Source of the DNA: a virus
Taxonomy: Duplodnaviria > Heunggongvirae > Uroviricota > Caudoviricetes
Length of the DNA stretch: 44,178 nt
Virus record (IMG/VR): IMGVR_UViG_3300045988_014135
Direction: 5' to 3' (one strand)
The notes under the pieces are model-generated. The model did not search any database, was not told where the DNA came from, and worked only from the letters and a program-made list of their open reading frames with translations. Shown piece after piece: positions 36,304 through 44,178 of the stretch; positions within the stretch are counted from its first letter, which is position 1, and every line of letters begins with the position of its first letter. Both the position numbers and the translations under genes were made by a program.

Positions 36304-36655
36304 CGTTTCTACCCTCGAAAATAGCGTCTAAGCTCATGATGATGTCAGATTCGAACATGCCTATATTCTGGCCTGAAACGGTGCTGTATGCCACTAAATC
36401 CGACCATCTTAACTGTTCGCGCGGGTACATCTTGATGCCATCATCGTCCACTCGGCGGGTGAATTTGATTTCCCTGTACTTCTCGAAGGTGGTTAATAGC
36501 TCAGGGGGGCATTCCGGCCCTGTGTCCGGCGTTGCTTCCGGCGCGTCTTGCATAACCCCCATAGCAATTAGCGCGGCTTTATGCCCGTCGGCGATACTGT
36601 CAAACTCCCGCCGTTTGTGGCGGGTTATGAAGTTCCAACGGGCAAACTGGAGCAA
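36296..36655 (-). CDS. tail assembly chaperone, T-like frame
   Basis: -1 frame relative to the G-like gene, open across the G stop; TTG-initiated as drawn, more likely a frameshift extension. Confidence 0.4.
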   Translation of the reverse strand: MLQFARWNFITRHKRREFDSIADGHKAALIAMGVMQDAPEATPDTGPECPPELLTTFEKYREIKFTRRVDDDGIKMYPREQLRWSDLVAYSTVSGQNIGMFESDIIMSLDAIFEGRNDG

Positions 36656-36660
36656 CGCGT

Positions 36661-37077
36661 CTACTTTTCCTGCAATTGGTGAAGCTGTTCATTGTGGAAA
36701 ACAACAACGTGTTCAGCGAGTCGTTTATATTGTGAGAAAAGAGTATTCAGGTTCTCTTTATTAAATTCATCGTCGAGACTCCAACCGTTAACCAGTTCAA
36801 GCGCTAACTGGCGGTTAAGGTCCGTTGCGGCGTCTTCCATCTTGATGTTGTATTCCGAGAAATCTTTCAGTTCCTCGCATTTATCGCGAAGCGGTTTCAA
36901 TTTACCTAATGCCGCGCGGTACGCAAGTGTAAACGCCCTCATAGCTTTAACAGCAACGTCTGCCTCCGGTGAAACAACGTTCAGCCACTCCCCTGAATCG
37001 GTGCCGTCTTTCAGTGGTATCGGCATACGGGCGCCTTTTTCTGCCTCAGCTTCGTAATAAAAATCAGAAAGTTTCAT
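36661..37077 (-). CDS. tail assembly chaperone (G-like)
   Basis: 138-aa acidic protein between major tail and tape measure genes. Confidence 0.55.
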   Translation of the reverse strand: MKLSDFYYEAEAEKGARMPIPLKDGTDSGEWLNVVSPEADVAVKAMRAFTLAYRAALGKLKPLRDKCEELKDFSEYNIKMEDAATDLNRQLALELVNGWSLDDEFNKENLNTLFSQYKRLAEHVVVFHNEQLHQLQEK

Positions 37078-37185
37078 TCTTTAATCCTTTGGTTAAGAGG
37101 TTACAGGTTAATGGTAAATGCGCCAGACGGGAACCACCCGCTTTTCGTGTGCGACACTAGGCGCAAAATTATTCTATCACATTAC

Positions 37186-37214
37186 TTGCGCACCCCAACA
37201 TAATAGGATACTAT
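37186..37214 (+). promoter_or_regulatory. promoter TTGCGC-N17-TACTAT with dyad AATAGGATACTATT
   Basis: -35 37186-37191, -10 37209-37214; dyad 37202..37215; near-identical to early promoter 15906..15934. Confidence 0.65.
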
Positions 37215-37255
37215 TCACTTACACCAACAATGTTAACTCAAACAGGAGCTACACC

Positions 37256-37447
37256 ATGACAGGTATTACTATGTTCTTCTTAATCATTATCGTTTTAGTT
37301 TATTTTATCCCGTTTTTAGTGGCCCATATGCGCGGACATAAAGCGAAACTGGCGATATTCATGGCTAATCTGTTTCTCGGCTGGGTTCTGCTGCCGTGGG
37401 TATTTATTTTAATCTGGGCTTGCAACTCGAATGTCAAAGAGAAGTGA
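37256..37447 (+). CDS. superinfection-immunity-like small membrane protein
   Basis: 63 aa, two TM helices; YFIPFLVAHMRGHKAK...NLFLGWVLLPWVFILIWA resembles the Imm_superinfect family pattern as recalled; start at ATG 37256 after AGGAG. Confidence 0.5.
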   Translation: MTGITMFFLIIIVLVYFIPFLVAHMRGHKAKLAIFMANLFLGWVLLPWVFILIWACNSNVKEK

Positions 37448-37485
37448 GCTAGTATAGGACAAATCCTAAACACGAGGAAGTAAGC

Positions 37486-38616
37486 ATGGCCCGGAAGAAA
37501 ATAACCGACGAACAGTTACAGGAAGAATTGAACGCCGGAACAAAGATTATCGACATATCCCGTAAATACGGCATCTCAGACCGAGTTATTCGTATCCGTA
37601 AAGCGAAGCTGGCGAAGAAAGGCGTAGGTCACGGTCGTGACGTTAGCCATCTTGTCCCGGACGGCTACAAAATTAAAGGAACGTCGTCACTGGTGGACGA
37701 GTTCGGCAACACTAAGTTGCAATGGGTTAAGACAGACACCGACGCCGAACGTCAGGTCGAGTTAATGAAAGCCGTGATCGAAGGAATGAAGTCGGAGATT
37801 ACGCCAGTTGCGCCGGTTAAAGCGACTCGAGCCAAACGCGACGATAAACTACTCAATCTGTACACGGTATCTGATTTCCATCTTGGTATGCTGGCCTGGG
37901 CTGACGAGAGCGGCGACGACTGGGATATGAAGATTGCGGAAGACCTGTTCTCCCGATGGTTCGATGCGGCGTTTCAGAAAGCACCAGATGCAGGAACTGG
38001 GGTTATTAACCTGCTGGGTGACTTCGCGCACTTCGATAGTCTGGATGCGGTTACGCCAGCGAGTGGTCATGTTCTTGATGCGGACACTCGTTATCAGAAA
38101 CTGGTCCGCTACATGATTCGTATGGTACGCCGTGTTGTTGACATGGCGCTGGTTAAGCATAAATCTGTTCGCTTGCTTATCGTGCAAGGGAACCACGACG
38201 AAAGCGGAATGATTTGGTTAGCTGAGATGTTTAGTACGCTGTACGACAATGAGCCGCGTGTGTTCGTCGATACGTCGCCGGATGTTTACAAGATGGTCCA
38301 ACACGGCAAAACTACGCTGTTCTTTCACCACGGGCATAAGGCGCGATTCGACGCTATCGAACCGGTAATGATTGCCAAGTTCCGTAAAGCGTTCGGCGAG
38401 AGTGTTTACAGCTACGCCCACGTAGGCCATCTGCACCACCAGAAGATTGTAGAAAGCCGTAACATGATTGTTGAGCAACACCGCACCTTAGCGGCTAAAG
38501 ACGCCTACGCCTCGCGCGGCGGATGGATGTCGGGCCGTAGTGCAAATGTAATTACTTATAGCGCCGAATATGGCGAGGTCGCACGTTTAACTATTTCACC
38601 GGAGATGCTGGGATGA
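37486..38616 (+). CDS. calcineurin-like metallophosphoesterase with N-terminal HTH-like domain
   Basis: Motifs DFHLG, GDFAHFD, GNHDE, HHGH, GHLHH; basic N-terminal segment ISRKYGISDRVIRIRKAKL looks HTH-like. Confidence 0.6.
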   Translation: MARKKITDEQLQEELNAGTKIIDISRKYGISDRVIRIRKAKLAKKGVGHGRDVSHLVPDGYKIKGTSSLVDEFGNTKLQWVKTDTDAERQVELMKAVIEGMKSEITPVAPVKATRAKRDDKLLNLYTVSDFHLGMLAWADESGDDWDMKIAEDLFSRWFDAAFQKAPDAGTGVINLLGDFAHFDSLDAVTPASGHVLDADTRYQKLVRYMIRMVRRVVDMALVKHKSVRLLIVQGNHDESGMIWLAEMFSTLYDNEPRVFVDTSPDVYKMVQHGKTTLFFHHGHKARFDAIEPVMIAKFRKAFGESVYSYAHVGHLHHQKIVESRNMIVEQHRTLAAKDAYASRGGWMSGRSANVITYSAEYGEVARLTISPEMLG

Positions 38617-39101
38617 AAGATATTGTGATTTTCGATTTAGACGGGACATTGGCGGATGGTACTCATCGTTTACACCTGCTGCCGAAAGATAACTACGGCG
38701 AAACCTGGGCGTGGAAGCCTTTTAACATGGCCTGCAAAGATGACGCGCCCATTAAAGATAACATCCACTTGTGCAACACGCTGTGGCATACCGGGATGAC
38801 CATAATCATCCTTACCGGGCGAAGCGACGACGCCGAGGAAGAAACTCGTGAGTGGTTACGTAAAAACAATGTCAAGTTCGACGTTCTGTTAATGCGCAGC
38901 AAGCACGACAACAGAAAAGACATCGTAATTAAAGAAGAGGTGTTACGTGCTATCGGGCTGGAGAGAATATTGTGTGCGTTCGACGACTCTCCAGCGGTAA
39001 TAAAGCATTTCCGCGGACTCGGTATAACCACTCACGCGGTTACTGAATACGACTGTAACGGGAACTCTACACACTTAAAATCACACGGGAGCGATAAATA
39101 A
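38613..39101 (+). CDS. HAD-family phosphatase resembling the T4 Pnk 3'-phosphatase domain
   Basis: VIFDLDGTLA nucleophile motif; IIILTGRSDD and RKDIVIKEEV parallel T4 Pnk VIFDVDGTLA / VVVSGRESG / RKDDVVKEEI as recalled. Confidence 0.55.
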   Translation: MKDIVIFDLDGTLADGTHRLHLLPKDNYGETWAWKPFNMACKDDAPIKDNIHLCNTLWHTGMTIIILTGRSDDAEEETREWLRKNNVKFDVLLMRSKHDNRKDIVIKEEVLRAIGLERILCAFDDSPAVIKHFRGLGITTHAVTEYDCNGNSTHLKSHGSDK

Positions 39102-39670
39102 TGGCTAAGGTAATTATTCTTAATGGCCCTGCGGGCTGCGGGAAAGACACACTTGCTATGGCGCTGGTAGAAATGGGCTTTGCGAAAGGAACTACCAGTT
39201 TCAAGAATCCAATGTTCAATATTGCTCGGGCAGCGTTAGGCCCGGATGCTTACCACGAATTTCTCGACGGCTACGACGACCGGGCACGGAAAGAAAAGCC
39301 AGAATGTTTCCTTAATGGGTTGTCGCGACGTCAGTTCATGATTGCTATCTCGGAGCAATTCATTAAGCCTGTACTTGGCAATGATTATTTCGGTAAGTAT
39401 CTCGCTGAAAACTTGCCTGACGGCGACGAAGTTTTTGTAGTGTCCGACGGTGGGTTTGCCAGTGAAGTTGCCCCTATCGTCGCCGCTGGGCATGACGTGC
39501 GAATCGTCCGCTTGCACCGAGACGGCTACACGTTTGACGGGGATAGCCGTGGCTACCTGTACGATATTGATGGGGTAGTATGCCATGACGTCGCCATCAT
39601 TCCTGGTGAGATTACATTAACCGCGGCCACGGTTGCCAATAGAATCCTGGGGATTTACCCAAATGCGTGA
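39101..39670 (+). CDS. P-loop kinase (dNMP-kinase-like; could be a polynucleotide 5'-kinase)
   Basis: Walker A LNGPAGCGKDT (GKDT as in T4 gp1 dNMP kinase as recalled); further blocks align loosely with T4 gp1. Confidence 0.5.
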   Translation: MAKVIILNGPAGCGKDTLAMALVEMGFAKGTTSFKNPMFNIARAALGPDAYHEFLDGYDDRARKEKPECFLNGLSRRQFMIAISEQFIKPVLGNDYFGKYLAENLPDGDEVFVVSDGGFASEVAPIVAAGHDVRIVRLHRDGYTFDGDSRGYLYDIDGVVCHDVAIIPGEITLTAATVANRILGIYPNA

Positions 39671-39839
39671 AGGCACAATGGGGACAATATACGTTATCCG
39701 CGTATATGACGAAGAATGGGATGAGTGGGTTGATATTTACGCCGTAGGTAGCAAGGAAGAGGCGACAAAAGAGATGACAGAACGGAGTGACAGAGGTCAG
39801 TTAACTAACTTCTACGAAATGCCATTCAAAAGTGAGTGA
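39663..39839 (+). CDS. small hypothetical protein
   Basis: 58 aa from ATG 39663 overlapping kinase stop; last cassette gene. Confidence 0.35.
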   Translation: MREGTMGTIYVIRVYDEEWDEWVDIYAVGSKEEATKEMTERSDRGQLTNFYEMPFKSE

Positions 39840-39870
39840 GAAAAAGGCCCCGAAAGGGGCCTTAGTTTTA
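39840..39870. terminator. bidirectional intrinsic terminator (AAGGCCCC-GAAA-GGGGCCTT)
   Basis: Between the plus-strand cassette and the convergent major tail gene. Confidence 0.7.
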
Positions 39871-41040
39871 TGCGTAGGTGATACGCTGGATAACAATAGA
39901 CGACTGGTACTGATTGCCGGTAGCCTGGCCTTCGATGGACTGAGTGATTGACTCTGGTCCGCCAATCTCAGGCGTAACCGCCGTAAGCTCTGCGCGTTTC
40001 AGGCTGAAAGACATAGCCCCGTTTACCCCCGCCAGAATAGAGTTAATCTCTACCTGCTGTTCGTTGATAAACTTCTGAATCATCGCCATGTCGTACAGCT
40101 TACCAGAGATGGAGAATGTGTTAGCTGCGCGGCCACGTTCCACGAACGCAACACTACTGTTGCCGAGTTCGAACTGCGCGGAAGCACCGTTGTCGTTGGT
40201 GATGGTCAGAGTATCGCAACGCAACGGCGTAGAACCGTCGAACACAGACACATCTACGGATGAGAACGGCTCATCGGTAAACGTCACCCGGGAGAAATCA
40301 GAACCTGCTGGCGGTGCAGAAAGAATTTCCTGACTCAGACCGATGAACGGGAAGCTGCCTGTCACCATCGCGTTTACGGCCTGTTCAATGGTGAAACCGG
40401 AGATTTCCACGCCTTTGGTCAGCATGTACGCGTCAAGGTTCCCGCACTGTCCTTTGAACCATGTCAGGATGGAGAACGTCTTACATTCGTTACCGGTTTC
40501 CAATTTATCGCCTGTTTTAGCGTCGGTGGTTACAGTCTCTGCTGTCAGCGTGTGCTGGATACCCGCACCCGTAACTACAAGAGCAGAAACCGCGGTCACG
40601 ATAAACGGTTTTGCGTTGTCGCCGGTTAAGTCGGTGAATGCAATCAGGTCGCCAACCTCTACACCGTCAGTAATGAAGCTACCGGCAGCGCGGGTGAATG
40701 TTTTACCTGCTGGAGCGACCGTAATTTCAGCACCCGTAATCTCTACCCCGTCCTGCCACGTAGAAGTCATAGCACCCGCAAGGAAATCATCCTGGCTACG
40801 TGAGCTAAGTTCGATGGCGTACTCCCCGCTAACCTGTTTGTTACCGGTGCGGATGGATGTGGTTTCTCTGCTGCCGTCGAGTTCGTTGGAAGTCAGCGCA
40901 TCGCGGGTTACCGCAGGAACACCGCCAGTGTTACGCAACGGCGACCAGACCGGGCTAGTCGGTGTTACGCCAGGGGTCACTTCCGCCACATAGAATTGCG
41001 CGGTATTCGCGCCCTTAAAAGGAGTTGTAGCCATATTCAC
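39868..41040 (-). CDS. major tail protein (candidate)
   Basis: 390 aa, last gene before the chaperone/TMP block in the leftward operon; by position. Confidence 0.5.
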   Translation of the reverse strand: MNMATTPFKGANTAQFYVAEVTPGVTPTSPVWSPLRNTGGVPAVTRDALTSNELDGSRETTSIRTGNKQVSGEYAIELSSRSQDDFLAGAMTSTWQDGVEITGAEITVAPAGKTFTRAAGSFITDGVEVGDLIAFTDLTGDNAKPFIVTAVSALVVTGAGIQHTLTAETVTTDAKTGDKLETGNECKTFSILTWFKGQCGNLDAYMLTKGVEISGFTIEQAVNAMVTGSFPFIGLSQEILSAPPAGSDFSRVTFTDEPFSSVDVSVFDGSTPLRCDTLTITNDNGASAQFELGNSSVAFVERGRAANTFSISGKLYDMAMIQKFINEQQVEINSILAGVNGAMSFSLKRAELTAVTPEIGGPESITQSIEGQATGNQYQSSIVIQRITYA

Positions 41041-41453
41041 AGCCTCTTGGTGAATGCAATAAAGTTAATTGACAATGGTCGTTTGGCCCATCCGTTTTCT
41101 ACAATCAGCGGCCCCAGGCTAACCGATTGAACCTCGGCGCAGATGTCGTTACGCGAAAATGACTTACCTGCTTTAAACGCCGTGTTAAGTAAGTCTGCCA
41201 TTTTATTGATTGGCGCGCTACCTTTCACCGATGCGTAGTTAATGTCGACCTGATAAACACCTGAGCGTTGTTCTGTGAAGAACAAATCTGCCTGTTCTGT
41301 ATCCGCAAGTAACATGTAACTTGCCAGATACGGCGTATCGGTTGGCGTCGGCGCGTCGATGTTTTCAAGCGAGACCTTGATGCCGTTGGTTGTTCCGAAG
41401 GCTACCAGCGGCACATCAAATGCTTTGGTTAAGTCCTCAAAGTAGCCCATCAT
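41037..41453 (-). CDS. tail completion / neck protein (candidate)
   Basis: 138 aa, overlapping start/stop in the head-tail joining block. Confidence 0.4.
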   Translation of the reverse strand: MMGYFEDLTKAFDVPLVAFGTTNGIKVSLENIDAPTPTDTPYLASYMLLADTEQADLFFTEQRSGVYQVDINYASVKGSAPINKMADLLNTAFKAGKSFSRNDICAEVQSVSLGPLIVENGWAKRPLSINFIAFTKRL

Positions 41454-41845
41454 TTCACCTTGTTGGCTTCTTCGTTAATGAGTTGCTGGAAGCGGGACAC
41501 ATTCACCCGGACAAATCCTTGTGGCGCTTGCTGCGACCAGCCATACTCCAGCCGTTGTGCATACGGCAGATTATTTGTCAGCGTGAACTCGTGCCAGTCT
41601 GCGGCTTTCAGTACGAAACTTGTAGCGTTTCCGGTTGCCGTGTTTCCTGATTTATCGGTGGCGTCCGTAATCCCGGAAGCGGGGGTACTGCCAGAGGCCA
41701 TCCAGTTCATTCGGAACCGGCCTGTATCTACCGGACTCGCCTTTATAATAGCGGAAAACAGCTTGATAGACACCTGGCGCATCACCTTCTCGGGGTTCTT
41801 CTTCGCCTTTTCCACGAACTTAGAGACATCGAGCGCGAAACTCAT
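41450..41845 (-). CDS. head-tail joining protein (candidate)
   Basis: 131 aa, coupled to neighbours. Confidence 0.4.
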   Translation of the reverse strand: MSFALDVSKFVEKAKKNPEKVMRQVSIKLFSAIIKASPVDTGRFRMNWMASGSTPASGITDATDKSGNTATGNATSFVLKAADWHEFTLTNNLPYAQRLEYGWSQQAPQGFVRVNVSRFQQLINEEANKVK

Positions 41846-42201
41846 TTTCTCACCTGAATAAAGTATGCCACAACGTCATCGTTAACCATCTTCTTCTCGA
41901 TGGCTACTACCGACCACTGCTCACCGCCGAATTGCACCTTGTCTTCCATCTTCGGTACGACACTGCAATCCGCTTTAACAATCATGTCGCCCGCCTGAAT
42001 CGTTGTACCGTTCACCAGTCCCGCGTTTACCGGAACCGGAACAGCTTTCAATGGCAACACTTCATCCGCAGACCAGACGTATTCACCGAGAACTTCATCC
42101 CACACTTTCGTACCAGCGCGAACCAGAGATACCGTGCTACCGAATTTGGTTAACAGGCGTGTACCCACGCCTTGCATACGTTTACTGAAAGCGGTGCTCA
42201 T
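41842..42201 (-). CDS. head-tail joining protein (candidate)
   Basis: Start set at internal ATG 42201 after AGAGGTG; ORF track extends to 42282. Confidence 0.4.
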   Translation of the reverse strand: MSTAFSKRMQGVGTRLLTKFGSTVSLVRAGTKVWDEVLGEYVWSADEVLPLKAVPVPVNAGLVNGTTIQAGDMIVKADCSVVPKMEDKVQFGGEQWSVVAIEKKMVNDDVVAYFIQVRK

Positions 42202-42295
42202 TTTAGCACCTCTTGCAGCGTCAAAAGAACACCGTAACTGTGCAAGGCTACCGCGGTAAGAAAACCAAAAACTACACCACATGTGAACTTATTCA

Positions 42296-42910
42296 TCAGG
42301 CGGCCTCCAGTCTCGAAATAACCAATAGCGCGGACGGCGCTGTACCCCATGCAGTTACGGTAGCGGCTTGTGGGTATACGCCGCCGAAGTTACTCCCGGC
42401 GCTATCCCGCATAATCTGAACGGCAAACGTCTGGCCTGCGGTCGGGTTAATAGCAACACGAGACTCAATAGGAATTGTAGTATCCGCGCTTACCAGTTTC
42501 GTAGCGGCTGGCGAGCCGTATTGTGCGCCATTAACCAGAATGCGCGATAGCAAGATAGAGGTTCCGCTAGCACCAGTGCGGCCTGCCTGTAACTTGATGC
42601 GAACGGCGTAGTTACCCGCGGTGTTGAACGTAACCGGCCCCGCAGCATTAATCATTACCGGGTCAGATGCACTACCCTGAGCAGAGCCGAACGATACCTG
42701 CAACGCCGTATCTACTGCGGTAGGCGCTTGTATCACGATTGACGCGGCACGGAGAACTTCAACCTCTTTCACGCCTGACGCAGCGTAAAGCATGGAGTCC
42801 GCTAACTGTGTGTTTACCTCACGCAACAACTCAGGCGTTATAGCGCCAGTTGTATTATCTGCGAGATTTTTCCCGATAAGGGTGAACATCTCTGTTTTAG
42901 TCTTCGCCAT
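42296..42910 (-). CDS. structural protein
   Basis: 204 aa, Ala/Thr/Gly-rich; by position. Confidence 0.4.
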   Translation of the reverse strand: MAKTKTEMFTLIGKNLADNTTGAITPELLREVNTQLADSMLYAASGVKEVEVLRAASIVIQAPTAVDTALQVSFGSAQGSASDPVMINAAGPVTFNTAGNYAVRIKLQAGRTGASGTSILLSRILVNGAQYGSPAATKLVSADTTIPIESRVAINPTAGQTFAVQIMRDSAGSNFGGVYPQAATVTAWGTAPSALLVISRLEAA

Positions 42911-42912
42911 TT

Positions 42913-43425
42913 TTAACCCCGGTACACGTTAAACGAGAAGCCATTGTTAAGACCACCACACAGTAACGGGCGTAAAGCGTCATCGGCTGCGGTGATTGAT
43001 GTAGTAGCGCCAGAGCTGCCGTTGTTGAAGTAGGTGACGGTTACTGCGCCCTCTACGCGCTCGGTCTGTACCGAACGTCCGTCAGAGTTAGCCCGCACCT
43101 CAGTACCTGCGCCATATGTAGCAGCGGCAATTACCTGCGCAAGAATTACCTGTTTCGGAATGGCGTTGTTGGCCACCGGGAACCCGTTTAACGTAACGCC
43201 GGTGCGGGGGTATGCAAGAGACTGTTCGGCGGATACTCGACGACCGCACATCTGCGGTTCTGCAAGCCCTACATAAGCAGCACCGTTGCGTAAGGCCACC
43301 TCTGCTGCGGTATCGTCTTCCGGCAGCTCAAGGCCATAATTAGCCGCTAACGCGCGGGCGTCAGCCAGACTAATGTAACTGTCGGCATTCGGGACGATCA
43401 CCCCAGTTTCCACGATTAGCGGCAT
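42913..43425 (-). CDS. head-tail connector protein (candidate)
   Basis: 170 aa, AGAGGAA RBS; by position. Confidence 0.4.
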   Translation of the reverse strand: MPLIVETGVIVPNADSYISLADARALAANYGLELPEDDTAAEVALRNGAAYVGLAEPQMCGRRVSAEQSLAYPRTGVTLNGFPVANNAIPKQVILAQVIAAATYGAGTEVRANSDGRSVQTERVEGAVTVTYFNNGSSGATTSITAADDALRPLLCGGLNNGFSFNVYRG

Positions 43426-43434
43426 AAATTATTC

Positions 43435-43608
43435 CTCTGACTTACGGCGACGACGCTTAGTACCACCGCCGTTGTTGTGCGCTTCTTCGTTGTCCGGTTG
43501 AGTCGCAACCAGTTCATCCGCTTCTACAACACCGCGAACCGGCATTACCTGACCGTCAACAATATCAACGTGGGTGTACTTTTCGCGGATTACGTAATTA
43601 TCTGCCAT
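43435..43608 (-). CDS. small basic-tailed protein
   Basis: 57 aa (MADNYVIREKY...GTKRRRRKSEE), AAGGAAAGG RBS. Confidence 0.35.
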
Positions 43609-43644
43609 GACCTTTCCTTATTACGGCCCCGAAGGGCCGTTGTA

Positions 43645-43995
43645 TTAAGACACAGTTGCTACGGTGCTGCGGGAGATAATATTACCATACACATCGTGAA
43701 CAACCACTTTATACGTGCCTGAATCTGCGGTAGTAGTGGACGCCTTCGCATAGGTAGCTGCGGTGGCTCCGTCGATGGCGTTGTTATCTTTGTACCACTG
43801 GTAGGAATACGGCTCCAGACCGCCAGTTACCACTACGGTAAGAGTCATAGTCTGCCCCGCCGTAACTGCGGTGGTAGCCGCAAGCGCGGTAGAAAAAGAC
43901 GCTGGCGAGATATTCGCCATATCGATTTCAACCTGACCATCGGTAGGAGAATCATCAGAAACACCGGTAATACGACGTTTGATTACATCAACCAT
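43645..43995 (-). CDS. Ig-like domain protein (decoration/structural)
   Basis: 116 aa; PYSYQWYKDNNAIDG...GTYKVVVHD resembles Ig-like domains; followed by a GC hairpin. Confidence 0.45.
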   Translation of the reverse strand: MVDVIKRRITGVSDDSPTDGQVEIDMANISPASFSTALAATTAVTAGQTMTLTVVVTGGLEPYSYQWYKDNNAIDGATAATYAKASTTTADSGTYKVVVHDVYGNIISRSTVATVS

Positions 43996-44009
43996 TTTTA
44001 AGCTCCTTT

Positions 44010-44178
44010 AGCTTACGGTTCCTGCGTTTTTAAGCGCAGTCAACAGATCTGCTACGGTAGTGCGCAGCGCGGTAACATCAGTTCGGAGTTTGTTGTACTC
44101 AGCTACAAGGGCACCGAACTCGGTCTTAGTCGGGGCGTCAGCAGACTGCGCTCCTTCACCAGCGGTAACCGCCGGCGG
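44010..44178 (-). CDS. structural protein, C-terminal fragment (gene enters from beyond window end)
   Basis: Minus-strand frame open from 44178 to stop near 44010 (...EFGALVAEYNKLRTDVTALRTTVADLLTALKNAGTVS); partial. Confidence 0.4.

Noticed and set aside
37118-37447. Long N-terminal extensions of several ORFs as drawn in the ORF track (also 16240..16536, 8766..9350, 1252..2010, 12664..13002)
   Set aside because: Internal starts with Shine-Dalgarno sequences and start/stop coupling to neighbours fit better; the extensions overlap promoters or upstream genes.
1-44178. 7-deazaguanine/queuosine-type DNA modification genes, which I recalled as accompanying a similar PolA/Cas4-like/VRR-NUC replication module in some other phages
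   Set aside because: No QueC/QueD/QueE/FolE/DpdA-like ORFs recognised in any frame of the window.

Overview
The window reads as a near-complete genome of a tailed dsDNA phage with a siphovirus-type structural module, most likely infecting a Gram-negative host (overlapping Rz/Rz1-like spanin pair, sigma70-type promoters, T4-lysozyme-family endolysin). No integrase, tRNA, rRNA or CRISPR array was found. Layout: (i) a leftward (minus-strand) array of about 25 tiny, translationally coupled early ORFs plus holin/endolysin (9.4-15.9 kb); (ii) a leftward packaging/head module (TerS, TerL, portal, MuF-like, scaffold, capsid; 0.2-9.3 kb) that continues across the window boundary into head-tail joining, major tail, chaperone, tape measure, tail tip and fibre genes (27.4-44.2 kb); (iii) a rightward (plus-strand) replication module (16.3-27.4 kb: AlpA-like HTH, primase/helicase, Cas4-like nuclease, SSB-like, family A DNA polymerase, VRR-NUC, SNF2-like helicase). 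Three plus-strand cassettes sit inside the minus-strand structural module, each with its own promoter and hairpin terminator. The most interesting are a truncated beta-sliding-clamp (DnaN) homolog (3003..3524) and a four to five gene cassette inside the tail genes (37186..39870) encoding a superinfection-immunity-like membrane protein, an HTH-fused metallophosphoesterase, a HAD phosphatase resembling the T4 polynucleotide kinase 3'-phosphatase domain, and a P-loop kinase. A dyad element AATAG-N4-CTATT overlaps the -10 region of at least seven promoters, including that of an XRE-type HTH gene and both cassette promoters, suggesting one phage-encoded repressor regulon. All homology calls are from reading the translations and motif recall, not from database searches.
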